Source: Caecitellus pseudoparvulus
Lineage: Eukaryota > Protista > Bigyra: Bicosoecida
DNA: 64,000 nucleotides
Reading direction: 5' to 3'
NCBI GenBank assembly: GCA_965644315.1
Contig: CBFFRQ010000066.1
Location: 62,001-126,000 of the forward strand
The notes under the pieces were generated by a model. That model saw only the letters and a list, made by a program, of their open reading frames with translations. It was not told the origin of the DNA and searched no databases. Made by a program: the position numbers and the translations under genes. Below, one piece after another: positions 33,373-42,536 of this stretch; within the stretch, counting starts at the first letter, position 1, and every line of letters begins with the position of its first letter.

Positions 33373-35038
33373 ATGGCATCAGTTGGCCCCGAAGCTGCTG
33401 GGGATGGGGAAGTTGATTTGTTCTCAGCGTTGCACAGCATTCTACGGGTGGTCGATGCAGCCCTGGAGCTGAGCAGCGGCAGTGGAAGTGTGCGTTTCGG
33501 CGTTTCGCTCTGGCTGCCCTGCTTGCATGCCATGCCGCAGTTCACACTCGCTGGCACAGATTCACACGGTGGATGCAGCTGTGGACGAGCTGAACCACTC
33601 CCAATTCTCGTACTCAGGCCCCCCACGTGCTTCTGCGGAGGTCTCCGCATCAAGCCACAGCATCTTCCCGGCAGGGGGCGACGCGCCGCTGACGCCGGCA
33701 GCCATGCTGGCGACTCCCACGAGGGATGCAGGGATGGGCGGCGGTGTGCTGTCGCCCGCCATGCTCCCTCAATCTGCATATGAACGAGCCTCCATGGCCA
33801 TGCCGGCCCGCAGTCTTGACTCGGTGCGCACGTCTTCCTCGGACATGGCGCCCATGCGGTCTCTGTCGGGGACAGGGGGGCTCCCGGCATCGCCACTCAT
33901 CCAGAGCGGTCTGCTGCCGGGTGACGACGAAGTGGACAGCTTCCCCGACACTGGCCTCTCCCCGGCCGCTGCCTACACGTACAAGCGCCGCTCTAGGTCG
34001 CAGGGAGTCTCCACAATGGGCCGGGGGGCGCACCGCAGTGAGGCGAGGGCACCCACTGCCAATGGCCAGCAGCGCCTGCCTGCCACCGCGGAATCTTCGT
34101 GGGACGACACAGATGACGATGATGAGGACACCGGCGACCACGGCCAGTCCACAAGCAGCCGCTCCCTCTCTGCGGGCGGGCACTCCTCGGCGCGGAGCGG
34201 CGGCCTCATCAAGCTGTCCACGGTGGAGGCGGGGGCCAGCACACCCTCACCCCGCCCTGGTCCAGGCGGACCCAGGGTGCACTTTTCCCCGACGCATGGC
34301 GACGGCCCGGTGCGCATCCCCTCTGCTTCCCACGCGGGGTCAGACTTCGCCTGGCCTTCAGCGGCAGGCAGTGGTGGCTCGCCTGGCGGGGATGGCGACG
34401 CCTCCGGCGGCATGCCCCCTCGCAGTCATGGCATGAACAGCGCAGACACATCTCCCGCCTGGCATGTGGGCGGCCCTGTGCAGCTGAGCACCCACACCCA
34501 GGGTGGGGGAGGGCACGGGGACTTCTCAGTTGGTCGCACCATTAGCGCCGAGTTTGGGGGTCACGTGTCCCCCCCACCTGCATCCCAGTCCGGCATCGGG
34601 CGGGCGGCGTCCCCCCGCACAGCTATGCACCTAGTCTCCCCCGACTCCAGCGGTGGGCAAGCCTCCATCGGCAGCCGGGGGACGTCCAGCCCCTCGTCAG
34701 CGCTGGAGGATTCGAGAGAATCGGTGCCGCCGACACGCCCGCCAGCAGGAGGGCTCCTGGCTCCCCTCCGCAGCTCACATGCGCAAGGTCTGGGCCGGGC
34801 ACAGCTGGGCAGCTTGCCGCCCTTGCGTGGCGGGGGCAGCCGTGCCGGCCCGCGGGGCCACGGCGCCCTGCCCCCGCCACTGCCTTCCACAGGCGTGCAC
34901 CCACCCGCCCCCGAAGTGCCCGAGTCCACCCCAGTGCGGCTGGCCACCTCAACAGATTCAACTTCGTACGTCACTGCTGTTTCCAGAGACGTGGCCGGGG
35001 TGGTGGGGGTGCTTGACGACGACGCAGACTACGAGTAA
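33373..35038 (+). CDS. Ser/Gly/Pro-rich low-complexity protein of unknown function (one 5' intron)
   Basis: Short first exon MASVGPE... joined by a GTGCGT...CAG intron to a 500-codon ORF. Confidence 0.55.
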
Positions 35039-35064
35039 TGCACATGGCGCTGCATTGCTGCCCG

Positions 35065-36375
35065 TCAGGCAGAGCCCTGCAGCTCAGCGTTGGTGACGTC
35101 CAGCACTAGCATGTGCCCCGGAGCATGGGTCGCGAGTGTGTCGGGCAAAGCCGCTGCTTCCAGCGCCGCCTGAGGCGTGACGCCACAGGCCCAGAACACA
35201 GGCACCTCGCCCTCCTCAAGGGGCACTGCTTCGCCGTAGTCCGGCGTGGACAAGTCCGCAATACCCAGCTCTGCTGCATCGCCAACATGCACCGGCGCGC
35301 CGTGCACACGGGGGTACTGCTGGGTGATGTCTGTGGCCTGCTTTGCCTGCTGGGGCGACATAGGCCGCATGGACACCACCAGCGGGCCCTTGAACACCCC
35401 CGCCGCCACGGTTGGGCGGGAGGTCCGATACATGGGCACATTTCGACCCAGCTGCACATGGCGCAGTGGCAGTCCAGCTTCCTGCAGGGCAGCCTCGAAG
35501 CTGAAGCTGCACCCCAGCAAGAAGAAGACACTTGCCTGGTCTCCTGCTTCAGGCCCCTGCCACAGGTCCATGATGTCGGCCACCTCACCCACAACCTTGC
35601 CCGCCCTGTGCAAACGGTACTTGGGCACATCCTGCCGCACATCGGCGGGTGCTCGCGGGCAGGTGCTGGAGGCAAATGGCACGCCAGGCTTGCCCATCTC
35701 CAGCAACGGGCAGGCCTGTGGGTTGGCGTCGCAAAAGGCCTTGAAGTCTGCCGCGTGTACGGCAGGCAGCACGACTAAGTTGGCCTGTGCAAAGCCGGGG
35801 CACTGTCCCGACGTCTGGCTGCTGAAGCTGCCTGAGGCGGCGGCAGCGCGCAAGTGGGCCGGAGTGTCGAACGTGTCCACTGCTGGCTTTGCGCGTTTGG
35901 GCGCCTGCGCCGTCGCAGCCTTCCGGGATTGCGCCCGCTTGGACCCATGCTGGTGATGACTGGCTCGCACGGCTGCTGCAGCCGCGCGATCAGTCGCTGT
36001 GAAAGTGTACGCCGCTGTTTTGGCTGCCTTGCCTTGCTGAACTTGCACGCCCTCTTCAGCCAGCATGCGCACTTTGCGACGGACCTCTGCGCCCTGTTGG
36101 TCGGTGGAGCCGGAGAAGCCACCCATGGAGAAGTCAGCCCTGACCACTCGGTGGCAAGGCACGGGGTGTGGGCTGAAAGGGTTTCCCCGCATGGCGCTGC
36201 CAACTGCGCGAGCGCCAGGGTTGGGCTCCAAAGCTGCGGCGATGGCTCCGTACGTGGCAACCTTCCCGCGCGGGATGCGAGAACACAGCTCGTACACTGC
36301 CATGCGCACAGGCGACACCCTGGTCGCCGCCTCGCTGCTGTGCCAGTCGGCAGGCCCGGCTGTCTCTGCAGCCAT
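35065..36375 (-). CDS. Fusion: O6-alkylguanine-DNA alkyltransferase C-terminal domain + DUF1445/UPF0317 (D-glutamate cyclase-like) domain
   Basis: IPRGKVATYGAIA..ARAVGSAM..NP..VPCHRVV; then QANLVVLP, NPQACPLL, GCSFSFE, VPMYRT, VVSMRP, HGAPVH, FWACGVTPQ, THAPGHM. Confidence 0.88.
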   Translation of the reverse strand: MAAETAGPADWHSSEAATRVSPVRMAVYELCSRIPRGKVATYGAIAAALEPNPGARAVGSAMRGNPFSPHPVPCHRVVRADFSMGGFSGSTDQQGAEVRRKVRMLAEEGVQVQQGKAAKTAAYTFTATDRAAAAAVRASHHQHGSKRAQSRKAATAQAPKRAKPAVDTFDTPAHLRAAAASGSFSSQTSGQCPGFAQANLVVLPAVHAADFKAFCDANPQACPLLEMGKPGVPFASSTCPRAPADVRQDVPKYRLHRAGKVVGEVADIMDLWQGPEAGDQASVFFLLGCSFSFEAALQEAGLPLRHVQLGRNVPMYRTSRPTVAAGVFKGPLVVSMRPMSPQQAKQATDITQQYPRVHGAPVHVGDAAELGIADLSTPDYGEAVPLEEGEVPVFWACGVTPQAALEAAALPDTLATHAPGHMLVLDVTNAELQGSA

Positions 36376-36669
36376 TGCAGCAAGTTGCTTGGCAATTACC
36401 GCACCACCACGCTTTGCTGACGAGGCGCCTCACGCGGCAGAATCGTTGCGGAATGGTGGCTCCAAGCATGCTTGCCCTTACCCCTATACAGGCATGCTGG
36501 GTTGTGTGGCGTGGGGGGGAATGACGGGCGGGCCGAATCCTGGCCGCGGTGCAGTGGGAGTGGTGGCCACATCCCACGACATGACTGAGTGCAGATGAGG
36601 CGAGACGTCAAACCAAAACGCCGCAACACCGCCCACCTTCCTTCACCCCCTCCGCAACCACATTCCGTC

Positions 36670-37643
36670 ATGGCGGCTGTATCTGCGGCGCGTGCCTTGA
36701 CCGCACGCTCAAGTGTGGCGGCGTGTGTGGCGCCTCCGCTGCTTGTACCAGCTTGGGGCGCGGTTCGCTCGTACTTCTCCAGCCCGCAGCCAACATGGAC
36801 GTTGGATGACCTGCGTGCGCAAGTGGCAACTCGCCGTGGCCGCAACCCCGCCAGCCCCGCTGCCAAGCTGGGGCCTGGCATCTCTGAGCCAGAGAGGCAG
36901 CCACGAAACGCTGCTGCCCGCTACGGAGTGCTGGTTGCTGACAACGGCACGAAGGTCGCTGCATGCAACCACCTGTACCGACACTGCTACGGTGCCCAGC
37001 GCCCATACATTGCTGTGAACAAGCACGGCAGCGAAGTTCACGTGCACTTGGAGCCCAGTAAGTGCTGGCGGGTGTTTCGCGGGCGCACCAATTCCGCTGC
37101 TGCACCAGTCTCACGCTTCCCGCCACAGTCCTGGGACTGGGCAAGGAAGGCGCACGCGGCTGCCTGTCTCTGCCGCCTGCAGAGGCCCTGGCTGCTGCCC
37201 GGTCCAGCATCGCCGCAGCAGTGGCTGCCTCAGGCCGCCAGTGGTGGAACAAGGATGACAAGCCCGACGTGGAGGAGGCCCGCAAGCAAGGCGCAGACGG
37301 CAGCAATGCTGGGCGCCCAGCCCCAGCCGGCCTGGGCAAGTCCTTCGTTGTGTACACGCAAGGGCGTGGCCAGGCCCTGGACTTGGCGCACCAGGTGTAC
37401 GCCGCATACTGTGAGGCGGTCGGTGCTGCGACGCCGGCCGACGTCCGTGCACAGCGCAAGGCCAACGCACAGCGCCGCAAGGCCAAGTACTTCGCCAAGG
37501 TCGCACGTACGGCTGAAGCACTTGCAACGGCCCCTGTCCGGCACCGCAACGTCCCGCCTCAGTCCCTGGATGGCTTCATGGCTGCGCTGGACAAGGGGCA
37601 GGTGGACGTAGAGGCACTGCCCGTGCAGCAGCCCACCTCATGA
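36670..37643 (+). CDS. Unknown protein with a mitochondrial-like presequence (intron ~37058-37129)
   Basis: MAAVSAARALTARSS leader; GTAAGT...CAG intron joins ORFs 36589 and 37062. Confidence 0.55.
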
Positions 37644-37646
37644 AGC

Positions 37647-37654
37647 AATGCATT
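37647..37654. promoter_or_regulatory. Palindromic AATGCATT filling most of the 10-bp gap between two convergent stop codons
   Basis: TGA-AGC-AATGCATT-CA; overlaps the TRMU stop on the minus strand. Confidence 0.5.
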
Positions 37655-39131
37655 CAGCCCGAACGTTGCGCCCACACCCCATCTACGGGGACCCCATGCC
37701 GCTGCAGGATGGCTGAGGCCTGCGCCGTCACGCCTCGTGCCAGGATGCGCCCACCGCCCAGCACAACTGGGGCACGGCAATCGTACACGCCTGCGATTTG
37801 GCCGGGGGCCACGTACGGCTGGGGGGCATCGAACTGCAGCACAAGGTGTGCGTCTCCACAGCAGTCCTCTCCCGTGCTCCCGGCCTGCACAGCCTCCTCC
37901 TCCTGCAAGGCCGCGGTTGCCCACTGCGCAGGGTATGCGGCGGCCAGCTCCCTGCCGTGCACGAGACGGGCCACAGCAGGCAGCAGCTCGTCCTGGCGAT
38001 GCCTGATGCGCACACGCACCGGCACTGTGTGTCCTGCCAGCAGCGGCGCTTGCAGCCAAGAGGCCGGGGCTTGGTGCACGAAGGTGTCTGCTCGACACAC
38101 CAGGCTCGTGGACAGAGCCAGGGGGTGGTGCTGCCGCGCAGGAGCCGGGTGCGTCGCCGCCACAGCAACGACGCCCTGCCTGAGGCACTTGCCAACAATG
38201 ACATACCGAGCTGCTTGCCCGGGGATGCGAGCCCCTTGCCCCTCTGTCCATATCTCCACATCTGTCTCCTCCCCCACAGGCAGGCCAGTGTCCACATCCA
38301 CAAAGCGCCCCCTGGACAGGCGCATGTACTGCGGCAGCCACTCCGGCAACCGCCTTTTGCCAATGAAGCAGATGCCGTAACTATCTTTCCGCCCAGCATT
38401 CGGGAGGCCTGCAGCGGCTGCCCCGGCCCGCACTTGTGACTTGCGCAAACTCCCAAGTGGCATGTGCAGGGACGGCAAGGCGCTGGCCGCAACTCTGCAC
38501 AGGAAGTAGGACTGATCCTTGACAGGGTCCACTCCCCTGAGCAACAGAGAGCTCTTGGCAGCTGAATTGGCCAGCGATGGCGGCAAGCTGCTCAGTATGT
38601 GCCGGTGTGCTGCATCCTGGGGGTGAGCCACTGTTGCGTAGTGCCCCGTCGCGACGCTGCTGGCTCCGCTCTCCAAGCAGCTGCGCAGAAAGTGACCAAA
38701 CTTTACGTATCGGTTGCAGTCCACGTCAGGGTTGGGCGTCAGGCCAACCCTGTACCCGTCCAGGAACGGCTCAAAGACGTCTGTCCAGTACTGAGCCTCC
38801 AGCCTGACCACCTTCAGGCGCAGGCCCAGGTGGCGAGCTACGTCCCTAGCGGACTCCTCGTCAACATCGGCTGGACAGGTTTCAGTCCCAGCCTCATCTG
38901 CTGCATCCCAGTTCCGCATGTGCACCCCCTGCACGTCGTGGCCCTGTGGTGGCACAGCAGCGCAGGTGGAGCGCTGCACCGAGCAGCATTTTCCGCAAAC
39001 CCACTCACGGCTGCCTGCATCAAGTGTGCTGTGAAGGCCGAGTCAACACCACCAGACAGCCCCACAGCCATGGTCCCCATCCTCCGTTTCGCCATGCACC
39101 CTACTCGCTCAACCAGTCGACCAAGCATCAT
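37654..39131 (-). CDS. TRMU: Mitochondrial tRNA 2-thiouridylase (MnmA/TRMU), spliced
   Basis: SGGVDS, MRNWD, TPNPDVDCN, ATGHYA, KDQSYFL, DSYGICFIG, APGQ. Confidence 0.92.
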
Positions 39132-39382
39132 GCGGTTAGCTGTTGTTGTTTGCTTCCTGTGCTTGTCTCAGCTCCCTGAGCCCGACACGGGCACCGTGAC
39201 GTGCCACTGATGGGGCCTTTGCCGCAGTGCAGAACTCTTTGCCGCCTATCTGCGGCCGAGGGCTTCCCTGCTGTCACTTGATTTGTCGGGCGCTGCAAGA
39301 TGCAGGATCAGGACATACAGCAGAGGTTGGCGGTAGGATATAGTTATTATATGTGTAAAATTTTCGCCCACCAGTAACAGGC

Positions 39383-39454
39383 GGCGGTGTGGTGTAGTCG
39401 GCAACACAGGAGACTCTGAATCTCCTGCCCCGGGTTCGATTCCCGGCACTGCCT
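39383..39454 (+). tRNA. tRNA-Gln (anticodon CTG)
   Basis: Cloverleaf: acceptor GGCGGTG/CACTGCC, D-arm GTGT/ACAC, anticodon arm GGAGA-CTCTGAA-TCTCC, T-arm CCGGG-TTCGATT-CCCGG; T5 run downstream. Confidence 0.95.
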
Positions 39455-39820
39455 GCTCTTTTTCGCCCGGCTGACTCGCAGGAGCGTGGGGAGAGTTGAG
39501 CGCTGAAGGGCACACCATGGAATAGTGCGTGGACAAGGGGACGGGCCCTTTCGCTGCGAGATGTCGCCTTGACGCCGACGTTCGAGGTCCGTGCATGCTG
39601 TCCAGCTCTTAGTCAGTTGGTGCCCGGAGGCCGGGATCGGCCCGGCAGAAAGCTGTGGTCCCAAGGAAACCTGAAACAATTTCTTCCTCTGTTCTTTCCT
39701 TTGCTTGCCCTACTTGAAGTGCGCCACACAAAGGGGGAGTGACTCGTTGCTTCATTTTCTTTCGGTTCCTCCGTACAGCTTAGCGATCACAATACCAAGA
39801 TTCGCCCCCTTCAGCGTGGC

Positions 39821-39892
39821 GGCGGTGTGGTGTAGTCGGCAACACAGGAGACTCTGAATCTCCTGCCCCGGGTTCGATTCCCGGCACTGCCT
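39821..39892 (+). tRNA. tRNA-Gln (anticodon CTG), identical second copy
   Basis: Sequence identical to 39383-39454; followed by a T7 Pol III terminator. Confidence 0.95.
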
Positions 39893-40087
39893 GCTTTTTT
39901 TGTCCCTCCCCCGAGACTGCCCACCCTTTTTCCTGCCAAGACACGTAACACATCCCACGCAAAAACACATAGTGCGCAAGGTGTGCCACACTTGGTCTTA
40001 CCTAAAGGCTGGTCACGCCTGGCAAGCAGAGAGTTGCTGCTGTGCGGAGTGTGGTGTTGCCTCAAAAGCCGCTGGGCTGCTCGGAGC

Positions 40088-41704
40088 ATGGCCAGCGACT
40101 GTGCCCCTCCGCGTGTCGTCAGCAGGCCGAAGGCAACGGTGGATGAGACGTTCACGTTCAGTGTCGTCTTCCCGTGCTTGGCAAGCCCGCTGTTCCTGAA
40201 CTTGCAGCGCGTGGGCAGCAAGGCAGTTGTGCATTCATTCTCCCGGCGACCGGATGGTTGCGTAGGGCCTGCCGAGGCATCCGGCGCGATAGCTCGGGGG
40301 GACGTGCTTGTGGCTGTGAACGGGCAGAGCGTCCGCAGGGTTGCCTTCCCCGTCCTGGTGCGCGCATTGCAGGTGGCTGTGGGGGAGGTGGCGCTCACCT
40401 TCAGCCGTGCGCCCGAGGCGGTGCTCGTGGAGGTAGGGACATTCGCGGGGAAGCGCCCTGAGCCGCCCCGTGTGCCATGTGCACCCCCACCCTGTCCTGC
40501 ACGACGACTGTTGTGGAGCGCAGGGCCTGGCGAGTCCGTCTCTGCAGACGCTCTGAAGAGCGGCACTGTGTTTGTGCCGCCCTCCATTCTGGGCCGGCGG
40601 GGAGGGCTCGTGCACCGCCACACCTCGGCTACAGACGGTGTCATCCGCAGGGGCGAGTCGCGGGTGGGACAGAAGTACCAGGTGGCTACGATTCCTGCTC
40701 TGCGCAGGGCCCCCCGGGCAGGGCAGGAGGCACCCAGTGGCCTGGGAGGCCGCCAGGTGTGGAGCCCTCCCCCGGCCTCCGAGCAGCACCAAGCCACCTG
40801 GTGGCAGCAACTTGACCGTCTCTTGCGCATGTACCCTGTGCACGTACAGGAGGCAGTTCTGGAAGTGGTGGCAGAGCACGGCTCTGACTTGGTGGCCGCC
40901 GTGGACCACCTGCAGCGCAAGACCCCATCCTTGCCCCTGGGCCAGCAGTGGCGGACATGGTCTGCTGCCCAGGTCTCCACGGCAATCAGCACGTTGGAGA
41001 AACACGGCAAGTCCTTGCGTGCAGTGGCGCGGTCCCTGCCCGGCCTGCGTCTGCCTGACGTGTCCTCCTGGTACTACGCTGCCTGGAAGCGGGGGCCTGA
41101 CTACTCCAGCTGGAAAGCCTGGTGTGCATGGCGCAAGCGCAGCACTGAGGTGCGGGACTTCCACCGGGACGAGTGCTGTGTGTGTGGGCAGGGGGGGGAC
41201 TTGCTGTGCTGTGACTGGTGCTCCCTGGCGTACCACGTGCGGTGCACAGGCGGCAGCTCCCTGCTGGAGGCGGCTGGTGGCGAAGGCGGCCCAGATGACG
41301 GAGACGATTGGATGTGCCCCGCTTGTGCCCCCACCTACGCCCAGCGGGGTGTGCTGGCCACCGCGTACGCCCGCTCCTTCGCGGCGCAGGAGATGGCGCG
41401 ACACAGCTGCCTGGCGCAGCACAATAAGGGGGCTCAAGCATGGGCCCTCGCCACGCGGGCAGCCTGGCGCAGGGACGCACAGGCCTGGCACCCGCCTCTG
41501 GCGCTGCGTGCAGCAGCGGGGGATGCTGCAGCTGAAGCTGAGGCAGTGGTGCAGGGAGTGGCAGGGGGCGGCAGCTCGGGCACTGCGGCGGCTAGGAGGG
41601 TGTGTACGTTCTCCCTGGGGGGGCGGAAGCGTGCACGCAAGGCCACCGCAGGGCAGGGCAGTGGCCCTCCCACGCGGCGGAGCCAGGGGAAGCGCCCAAC
41701 TTGA
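40088..41704 (+). CDS. PDZ + ELM2 + SANT + PHD chromatin protein
   Basis: GPAEASGAIARGDVLVAVNG (PDZ), SRVGQKYQ (ELM2), WS...HGKSL..VA...WYY (SANT), CCVCGQGGDLLCCDWC..YH..C...WMCPAC (PHD). Confidence 0.8.
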   Translation: MASDCAPPRVVSRPKATVDETFTFSVVFPCLASPLFLNLQRVGSKAVVHSFSRRPDGCVGPAEASGAIARGDVLVAVNGQSVRRVAFPVLVRALQVAVGEVALTFSRAPEAVLVEVGTFAGKRPEPPRVPCAPPPCPARRLLWSAGPGESVSADALKSGTVFVPPSILGRRGGLVHRHTSATDGVIRRGESRVGQKYQVATIPALRRAPRAGQEAPSGLGGRQVWSPPPASEQHQATWWQQLDRLLRMYPVHVQEAVLEVVAEHGSDLVAAVDHLQRKTPSLPLGQQWRTWSAAQVSTAISTLEKHGKSLRAVARSLPGLRLPDVSSWYYAAWKRGPDYSSWKAWCAWRKRSTEVRDFHRDECCVCGQGGDLLCCDWCSLAYHVRCTGGSSLLEAAGGEGGPDDGDDWMCPACAPTYAQRGVLATAYARSFAAQEMARHSCLAQHNKGAQAWALATRAAWRRDAQAWHPPLALRAAAGDAAAEAEAVVQGVAGGGSSGTAAARRVCTFSLGGRKRARKATAGQGSGPPTRRSQGKRPT

Positions 41705-41839
41705 TGGCGCCAGCGCGGCTGGCGTCACAAGCGCAACCGGCCCCCAAATCCAACCACCCCGAAACGTTCGCATGCCGCGTCCCCGCCAGTCAAGCTCCTA
41801 CACTAGCACCTTTGACCCTTCCTCGTGACCCTGTCCAGC

Positions 41840-42349
41840 ATGAAGCTCTTCTCCCTCGCCGTCGCGGCCTTTGCGCTGGTGGCCTGCGCTGGCTTCGCGG
41901 CAGCGCGCCTTGGCGGCATTTCTGACGACGACATGGCCCCAGTCTGCGACAACCTCGGCAGCAAGTCTGAGTGCTTCGCGAAGGACTGCGAGTGGTGTGT
42001 TGCAGGGGCTGTGCCCTCTCGTTGTGTGAGTTTACGCGCCGGACGCGCTGGTGCAGTGCACCAGCGCACCCCCCCGTTCACCTGCTTTTCCACGCAGCTC
42101 ACGCACAAGCAGGCCAAGCTGGTGCCTCCAGGCGTCTTTGAGTGCTCCAGCAGTGTGGAGGCAGAGGAGCCTGCAGCCCCCGCCATCCCTGACTTTGGCT
42201 TCGTGGACTCTCCCTGCCTGGACCTGGCCAACGCCACTGCCTGCCACGCTGACTCTTGCGCATGGTGCAAGGCAGGTGCTGTGCCCTCCCGCTGCCTGCC
42301 TTGGGACATGGCCAAGAAGCTGCCCCCTGGAGTTTTCGAGTGCAGCTGA
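41840..42349 (+). CDS. Small secreted cysteine-rich protein with two repeats (72-nt intron 42026-42097)
   Basis: Signal peptide MKLFSLAVAAFALVACAG; two copies of C..C..CxWCxAGAVPSRC...AKxxPPGVFECS. Confidence 0.8.
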   Translation: MKLFSLAVAAFALVACAGFAAARLGGISDDDMAPVCDNLGSKSECFAKDCEWCVAGAVPSRCVSLRAGRAGAVHQRTPPFTCFSTQLTHKQAKLVPPGVFECSSSVEAEEPAAPAIPDFGFVDSPCLDLANATACHADSCAWCKAGAVPSRCLPWDMAKKLPPGVFECS

Positions 42350-42536
42350 GCTTGACCTGCGCAGGCGGCTCACGCCCTTCCCATTGGTCGGGCGGGCTCA
42401 CTTTCAACTTTCCTCCAGGCTCGGAGGGGATGCACGGCCAACCCCCCACGTCAACCCAGTGGGGCTGTTCCAATGCAGTATTCTTTGTCTTTCACGAGCT
42501 GCACGTTTTGCCGTGGGGTCCGCAAGCCTGCCAGCC

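Noticed and set aside
39465-39780. Possible structured ncRNA between the tRNAs (CTGACT...AGTCAG complementarity)
   Set aside because: No snRNA, SRP, RNase P/MRP or snoRNA motifs could be identified by eye; a covariance-model search is needed
37654-39892. TRMU next to tRNA-Gln genes as a functional unit
   Set aside because: These tRNAs have C34 (CTG) and look cytosolic, whereas TRMU thiolates U34 of mitochondrial tRNAs
39383-39892. Possible suppressor tRNA or altered genetic code
   Set aside because: The anticodon reads CTG (Gln, CAG), and TAA, TAG and TGA all end conserved genes at the expected positions
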